64,000 nucleotides of DNA, taken from positions 96,001-160,000 of the forward strand of contig CBDUKN010000002.1 in assembly GCA_965367815.1 (NCBI GenBank), in the 5' to 3' direction. A model generated the notes under the pieces. The model had not been told where the DNA came from. It was given only the letters and a program-made list of their open reading frames with translations, and did no database searches. Shown here in pieces: positions 58,283 to 64,000 of the stretch. Source of the stretch: an uncultured Thermoprotei archaeon. Lineage in GTDB: Archaea; Thermoproteota; Thermoprotei; Thermofilales; B15-G2. Numbering within the stretch: the first letter of the stretch is position 1; each line of letters begins with the position of its first letter. The translations under genes and the position numbers were made by a program.

Positions 58283-58634
58283 TGCTTTCAGAGTCCTTAG
58301 AATACTCAACGACCCACTTTACTTCTTTTGGCTTTAATATTTCTATTTTTCTAGCAACATCCTCTAAAACAGAGTTAACTCCTCTTAATTTTCTTTCAAT
58401 CTCTTCAAGCTTCTGTTCAAGTTTTTTCCTCTCATCGCTTATCTTCATTAAGTACAGTTCAAGCCTACTAGCCCTTATGTAATCTCTCGTTTTTCGCATT
58501 TCCTCAAAAATCTTACTCTCTTTTTCTTTAAGCTTCTTTATTTTTTCAAGAATTTCGTTTCTATTTTTTTCTAATTCATTCTTTAGATCTTCTAATTCTT
58601 TTTTCTTTTGTCTTAATTCCTCAAGGCTATACAA
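58272..58634 (-). CDS. Coiled-coil hypothetical protein
   Basis: K/E-rich heptads over 120 aa. Confidence 0.6.
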   Translation of the reverse strand: MYSLEELRQKKKELEDLKNELEKNRNEILEKIKKLKEKESKIFEEMRKTRDYIRASRLELYLMKISDERKKLEQKLEEIERKLRGVNSVLEDVARKIEILKPKEVKWVVEYSKDSESTKE

Positions 58635-58685
58635 ATTTATCTCCCTCTTATCTCCTTAAAAGTGATTGATAAAGTTTCTGCACAG

Positions 58686-59120
58686 TTAAATTAACTTCTT
58701 CCATATAGCTGTTGAAGAAAATTTTAATCCATTATCAGCTAAAACCCATTCAATTACATAAATAATCAGAGGCCTAAGTCCCCGCTCACGTCTAATGTCA
58801 TTCGCCTTAATCGCATTAATTAAGGTCTCTTGCGACACCACTATTGCTTCAATCTCGCTATCAAAAATAGCCGGACCATAGGGGTCGTCTAGCTTCGCTA
58901 TCTCATATTCAACGCCAAGGCTTGTCAGTAATTTCTCGACTCTTTGAGCCCTAATAGAAAAGTTTTCTACAGGGTGCTTCTTTTTAAGTTTCTTAATGAA
59001 ATTATCAGAAGTAATTCCAATTACAAGTTTTTTAGATAGCTCACCTGCCTTTCTAATAAGTTTTTTATGACCTTCGTGTAAAATAGAAAATGTTCCTCCT
59101 AGACAGACTTTCTTAAACAT
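58686..59120 (-). CDS. coaD: Phosphopantetheine adenylyltransferase (archaeal type)
   Basis: GGTF..LHEGH, DPYGPA, IVVSQET, SST. Confidence 0.9.
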   Translation of the reverse strand: MFKKVCLGGTFSILHEGHKKLIRKAGELSKKLVIGITSDNFIKKLKKKHPVENFSIRAQRVEKLLTSLGVEYEIAKLDDPYGPAIFDSEIEAIVVSQETLINAIKANDIRRERGLRPLIIYVIEWVLADNGLKFSSTAIWKKLI

Positions 59121-61972
59121 TACCAGAACCTCTTAGATAGAGCCTTTTTCTCAGCTTCTATTATTGCTTTTATTAAAGAATCATCTAGTTTGCTATGTTT
59201 TTCAACAATTCTTATTATCTCTTCTTTTTTCAATCCCCTGCCTGCCAAAACGACTGCACCTATACTATTATATTTTTCTATTATTCGTGATGAAAATTGA
59301 AGAAAATCTATTAATTTTATCTCTTGCTTACTTACAGCTTTGAAGTTTTTGTTAATAATTTTTTCTATTTCTTTCTCTTCAGCGTTAGCTACGCCTACTT
59401 TTCTTGACCCGCACTTGGGGCATTTTCCGTATTTAATGAAATCCTTTACTTTCATTAGCGAGTACCACTTGCAATTAAGACACACAAAGCAAAGAACTGT
59501 ATTTAAGAGCCTTGTTTTAGCTGACTCGACTATAATTTTCTCTAATCGTTCAGGAGGTATTAGCTCAAGCTTTTTAGCCATTTTGTTAAGAACTGCTGCT
59601 GTTACCGGCGATGCCTCTTCGCTCTCAATAACTATAACCTCTATTTCACCTCTCTGTATGCCTTCGATTATCTGCCAAGCTTCTTCAATGCTGACATCTT
59701 TCGCCATATACTCTTTCAGAGCTTCTTCGAAGATGACTGTACCTTCAAAAGCTTCTACTAGTTTTCTCATACTAAGTGTCGATGCCTCAACACCTTTAGG
59801 TAACGCACCAAACCTTCTCGCAACATGAATCAATCTCCTCTTGAATAAACCCTGCCTCGTGGCAGAAGTTACTACAGTGTTTCTAAAATCATCGTAGTCG
59901 CATTCAAGGAGCTTATTTTTTATTAAATTACCATCTACATTCGCTGACGTCACTACTATTATGGAATATGGATCTTGCTGGACTTTAACTCCATAGCCTG
60001 TAGCCTCAATTATTTTTTCTGCGAGATATCGAGAAAGAGCTCTATTAGCAAGGGTTCCTCCATGGACATGGACTACGATTCCCTCGGGACATTTTTCTAT
60101 AAGCACTCTTTTATCAGTGGGCAGCTTGTATCCCTTCTTTACATGCTCTGCAAAAAGCCTAAGGGCATTTGCTAAGCTTACTTTGTCTATTGGGTATTTC
60201 TGTACAAGGTCTTCCGCTACCTCTTCTATTTTAAGACCTTTACGTAGTTGCTGCTCTAGGTATCTTTTAATAGCACCCACTTCGAGAGCTACTTCTAGAG
60301 GAACAGGTATTTCTTCGCCTACCCATGAGGGGACTGCGCCCGTGGGATCTTTAGCGGGCTCTACGTAGATTCTATCTCTACTTATGTCCTTTATGATCCA
60401 GACACTTCCGCGGAACACAAACTTAACTCCTATTTCACCGTATTCAGCGACAAAAGCCTCGTCAAGAACTCCTAAAGGCTCGTCGTTTTCTATGTTTACT
60501 ACTAAGTACTGCTTTTCATCAGGTATTGTAGAAATTTGATTAAAGAAATATTCGTATATTCCTCTAGTGTTCTTTGGTTTAAGCACAATTTCGTCTTCAA
60601 AGCTAACCCATGCTAATCTTGGGTAACGATTATGCATATAGCTTAAGACTTTTACTAAATCTTCCTTACTCAAGTTTCTATAGGGGTAAGCTTTCGTGTA
60701 CAGATCTAATATTTCACTAAATCTCCAGCGTCTTTTGAAGAAAAAGAGTGCTACTATTTGGTGACATAAAACATCATATGGTTTTTCAGGCATTTTTGTT
60801 TCCTCTATTTTTCCTTCAAGAGCCCTCCTTGCTATAACTGCGGCTTCAAGTGTATCGTCTTCATCGTCAGTCACAATAATTCCCTTAGCGACTCTATCAA
60901 GAGAATGACCCGCTCTGCCCACTCTCTGCACAAGCCTCGTAACTTGACGAGGCGACATGTATTGTATTACAATGTCTATTCTACCTACATCTATTCCTAA
61001 TTCTAATGAAGATGTGCATACAAGGGCCTTAAGCTCTCCTGACTTTAGACCTCTTTCTGCAACAATTCTGCTCAATTTAGAAAGTGAGCTATGGTGGACG
61101 TCCAGAGGCACGTTTCTATCCCATATTCTAAAGCGAGATGCAAGCACTTCAGCTATAGCTCTCGTATTAGTGAAAACTAGCGCTGATCTATGTTTTTTAA
61201 TCAAATCAGCTATAATTCTTAGTCTTGCCGCTACTTCAGGTACTGTATACAGTTTCGCTGCAAGAACTTCATCTTCAGGCAAAGGCCTAGGGTAAATAAC
61301 TTTTATGTCCATTTGCCGGGTGACATCAGCTTCGACAACCTCTATTTTTCTTCCAATACCTGCAAGAAACTGGGCAACTTCTTTAGGCGACCCTACAGTA
61401 GCACTTAGGCCTATTATCTGAAAGTCTCTTTCTGCAAGATATCTGAGTCTCTCGAGTGCTAGAGATAACTGCGACCCTCTTTTGTCTTCAGCTATCTCGT
61501 GCACCTCGTCGACAATAACATACTTTACGTTTTTGAGAGCTTTTCTCAAAAGTCTTCCGTAGAGAAGAAGTTGAAGAGTCTCTGGAGTCGTTATTAACAT
61601 GTGGGGAGGATTCTTAGCTTGCTTTGTTCTTTCCTTCTGGTCGGTATCTCCATGTCTAACACCAATACTCAGACCCAGTTTAGAACACCACCACTCAAGT
61701 CTGTCCAATAGATCTCTGTTGAGAGCCCTCAGGGGAGTAATATAGAGTATATTTATTCCTTTTTCACCTACACCTTCGCTAAGCAACCTACTTAACACTG
61801 GTATTACCGCTGCTTCCGTTTTACCGCTACCTGTAGGCGCTACTATCAACACGTTCTTGCCTTCTAGAATCAGAGGAAATGCCTTCTCTTGTACAGGAGT
61901 AAGATACTTAAATCTACTTAAGAGAACTTCACGCACCTTAGGATGAAGCCTTTGCAAAATATCTTCTAGCAT
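59120..61972 (-). CDS. lhr: Lhr-like ATP-dependent helicase
   Basis: APTGSGKT, DEVH, SAT, LELGIDVG, QRVGRAGH, STIPD, PSWVGE, C-terminal Zn ribbon. Confidence 0.93.
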   Translation of the reverse strand: MLEDILQRLHPKVREVLLSRFKYLTPVQEKAFPLILEGKNVLIVAPTGSGKTEAAVIPVLSRLLSEGVGEKGINILYITPLRALNRDLLDRLEWWCSKLGLSIGVRHGDTDQKERTKQAKNPPHMLITTPETLQLLLYGRLLRKALKNVKYVIVDEVHEIAEDKRGSQLSLALERLRYLAERDFQIIGLSATVGSPKEVAQFLAGIGRKIEVVEADVTRQMDIKVIYPRPLPEDEVLAAKLYTVPEVAARLRIIADLIKKHRSALVFTNTRAIAEVLASRFRIWDRNVPLDVHHSSLSKLSRIVAERGLKSGELKALVCTSSLELGIDVGRIDIVIQYMSPRQVTRLVQRVGRAGHSLDRVAKGIIVTDDEDDTLEAAVIARRALEGKIEETKMPEKPYDVLCHQIVALFFFKRRWRFSEILDLYTKAYPYRNLSKEDLVKVLSYMHNRYPRLAWVSFEDEIVLKPKNTRGIYEYFFNQISTIPDEKQYLVVNIENDEPLGVLDEAFVAEYGEIGVKFVFRGSVWIIKDISRDRIYVEPAKDPTGAVPSWVGEEIPVPLEVALEVGAIKRYLEQQLRKGLKIEEVAEDLVQKYPIDKVSLANALRLFAEHVKKGYKLPTDKRVLIEKCPEGIVVHVHGGTLANRALSRYLAEKIIEATGYGVKVQQDPYSIIVVTSANVDGNLIKNKLLECDYDDFRNTVVTSATRQGLFKRRLIHVARRFGALPKGVEASTLSMRKLVEAFEGTVIFEEALKEYMAKDVSIEEAWQIIEGIQRGEIEVIVIESEEASPVTAAVLNKMAKKLELIPPERLEKIIVESAKTRLLNTVLCFVCLNCKWYSLMKVKDFIKYGKCPKCGSRKVGVANAEEKEIEKIINKNFKAVSKQEIKLIDFLQFSSRIIEKYNSIGAVVLAGRGLKKEEIIRIVEKHSKLDDSLIKAIIEAEKKALSKRFW

Positions 61973-62009
61973 TAGCTGTTAATAAGGAACGAAACAGACT
62001 AAAATAAGT

Positions 62010-64000
62010 TTATTGTGATTTTTCTACGTACATATTGGGTCCTATTACCTCGAATAGGTCTTTGTTCTCCGGAACTCCTACTTTGAGCTCCTTGATTCTA
62101 TGCATTGCCTTTAAGTCTTTTATGAAAGGCTCTAATTCTTTAGGCATATACACTGTGAGCTGTAGAGGCTCTTTGAGAGATAAGCCTTTATCTTTCTTGT
62201 ATTTCCATATACTGCTGTTAAACTCCATGAAAAGTTCGAGTGCTTTAACGTACTCAGTATCGTGTTCTGGAACTGGCTCTGGGAATAATTCTATGTGAAT
62301 GCTTGTTTCTTTGTAGAGTTTTCGCCAAATGTAGTCAGTTATGAATGGACATATGGGGGCGAGCAACTTTAGGATAGCTTCTAGTACTGTGTGCAGAGTA
62401 TACCATGCGCTTTTCTGCTCTTCTTCACTAAATATTCCTTCTAAGTTATATGCTCTCTGTTTAACTGCTTCTATGTAGTGTGCAGCGAATACTTTCCATG
62501 TGAAACTGTATATTTCATTAGCCGGCAAGAATACATCCATTTCCTTGTAAGCATCGACACATTTCCTTATTAAGTTATTAAGTTCACCTAATATCATAAG
62601 GTCTAATGGCACAATTTTACTTGGTTTTTCGCACTTAGGGAACTGTGATATAAATCTAGCGATATTCCATAGCTTTACAACAAAAGCTCGTCCTGTTGCA
62701 ACGTGGTGTTCTGAATAGCGGTAATCGCTTCCGAGTTTGGCTTCAGCAGCGCTCCAGAATCTTACTGCATCAGCACCGTACTTTTCAACTATAGGTATTG
62801 GATCAATGATATTTCCTTTACTCTTACTCATTTTTTCTCCTTTCTCATCTAAACCCATTCCAGTTATTCTCACATACTTGAATGGTGGTTTACCAGTCAG
62901 TAAGTATGATTTCAGCATAGTGTAGTAGAGCCATGTTCTGACAATATCTTTTCCCTGAGGTCTTAGTGAACAAGGATAGTTTTTCTCGAAGAAGTCTTTA
63001 CGATAGTAGTATCCACACACATAGAGAGGCGTATTACTTGAATCCATCCACGTATCGAATACTCTCTCTTCGCCTACAAATTCTGTGCAACCACACTTGC
63101 TACACTTCTCAAATGGAGCTTTTTCTGCCCAAGGCCTATAGTATTTTCCGGGCTCAGGTACATGTGGAGTCCCGCATTTTTTACAGTACCATATGGGAAT
63201 TTCTGTTCCATAGTACCGTCTCCTTGAAATAGGCCAGTCCGCAGTAATACTCTTTATCCAGTTCACTAAGATTTCTTTCGCTTCAGGAGGATAGAATACC
63301 ATTTGATCTGCTAGCTTCAATAACTCTTCCTTGAATTCTACCTGCTTAAGATAGTATTCTGGCATAGCGATAAACTCTATTGGAGTCCCACAGCGCCAGC
63401 ATACTGGTATTTCATGCTTAATAGGCTTCTTTTCAACTAAGAGACTTTCTTTTTCAAGATCCTCCGCTATTTTTTCACGGGCTTCTTTAACAGTGAGCCC
63501 CGCATATTTTCCTGCAACCTCATTCATTTTTCCGTCAGGATTAATCGCAATCTTGTACTTCAGACCAAGTTCTCTAAATATTCTTACGTCGGTTAAGTCT
63601 CCAAAAGAACATATCATGACAAGTCCAGTCCCGAACTCTGGTCTTGCAGCTGGATGCGCCCTTATCTCTACTTCTTGACCGAATATGGGAACTATAGCGT
63701 GCTTGCCTTCCAGCCTCTTATATCGCTCGTCTTCAGGATTAAATATCACAAGTGCACACGTGCAAAGAAGCTCAGGTCTTGTTGTAGCTATTATTATATC
63801 TTCACCCGTTTCTTTGACCTTGAACTTAATGTAATAGAGATATGCGTCTACAGTCTTGTATTCTAGTTCGGCGTCTGCTAGAGTGGTATTGCATCTAGTA
63901 CAGAAATTGTTTGGCCTTAAGTCTTCGTAAATAAGCCCTCTCTTGTAGAGCTCAATGAAAGTAAGCTGGGTTAAAGTACGGTACTTCTCGCTGTCAGTAC
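62010..64000 (-). CDS. valS: Valyl-tRNA synthetase (5' part outside window)
   Basis: ATTRPEL upstream of tracked ORF, DWPISRRRYYG, DTWMDS, PQGKDI, KMSKS; frame open to window edge. Confidence 0.95.
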   Translation of the reverse strand, partial: TDSEKYRTLTQLTFIELYKRGLIYEDLRPNNFCTRCNTTLADAELEYKTVDAYLYYIKFKVKETGEDIIIATTRPELLCTCALVIFNPEDERYKRLEGKHAIVPIFGQEVEIRAHPAARPEFGTGLVMICSFGDLTDVRIFRELGLKYKIAINPDGKMNEVAGKYAGLTVKEAREKIAEDLEKESLLVEKKPIKHEIPVCWRCGTPIEFIAMPEYYLKQVEFKEELLKLADQMVFYPPEAKEILVNWIKSITADWPISRRRYYGTEIPIWYCKKCGTPHVPEPGKYYRPWAEKAPFEKCSKCGCTEFVGEERVFDTWMDSSNTPLYVCGYYYRKDFFEKNYPCSLRPQGKDIVRTWLYYTMLKSYLLTGKPPFKYVRITGMGLDEKGEKMSKSKGNIIDPIPIVEKYGADAVRFWSAAEAKLGSDYRYSEHHVATGRAFVVKLWNIARFISQFPKCEKPSKIVPLDLMILGELNNLIRKCVDAYKEMDVFLPANEIYSFTWKVFAAHYIEAVKQRAYNLEGIFSEEEQKSAWYTLHTVLEAILKLLAPICPFITDYIWRKLYKETSIHIELFPEPVPEHDTEYVKALELFMEFNSSIWKYKKDKGLSLKEPLQLTVYMPKELEPFIKDLKAMHRIKELKVGVPENKDLFEVIGPNMYVEKSQ

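Noticed and set aside
1-64000. CRISPR array, tRNA/rRNA genes, transposases, integrases
   Set aside because: No regularly spaced repeats, cloverleafs, long GC-rich RNA tracts or recombinase motifs seen by eye

Overview
AT-rich, gene-dense archaeal chromosome segment, most consistent with a (hyper)thermophilic Thermoproteota/TACK lineage (crenarchaeal-type SerRS, PGI/PMI, FAU-1, GGTGA Shine-Dalgarno sites, many C/D box sRNAs); taxonomy is inferred, not searched. It is mostly housekeeping: sepS, serS, aspS, valS (partial), fen, gdhA, tbp, ard1, sec11, dys, coaD, lhr, a Fe3+/thiamine-type ABC transporter, a type IV pilus locus with a 1010-aa pilin-like adhesin, and a sugar oxidoreductase operon. 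Main find: the TATA-binding protein gene (55475-56078, minus) is split by a 31-nt intron (55915-55945) that folds into a bulge-helix-bulge (BHB) motif. Canonical BHB cleavage restores YNPEQFPGL and a 190-aa TBP, so this is a tRNA-endonuclease-type intron in an mRNA other than cbf5. Also notable: a box-rearranged C/D guide predicted to target tRNA-Tyr C32, five standard C/D sRNAs, a hairpin RNA with stacked K-turns, an apparent GTA start codon in fen, SepRS in a window with no methanogenesis genes, an uncharacterised wHTH + AAA+/nuclease-fold operon, and a membrane HerA/CedB-like ATPase + XPD-like helicase pair with a nearby VirB2/CedA1-like pilin. No tRNA, rRNA, CRISPR array or transposase was seen.
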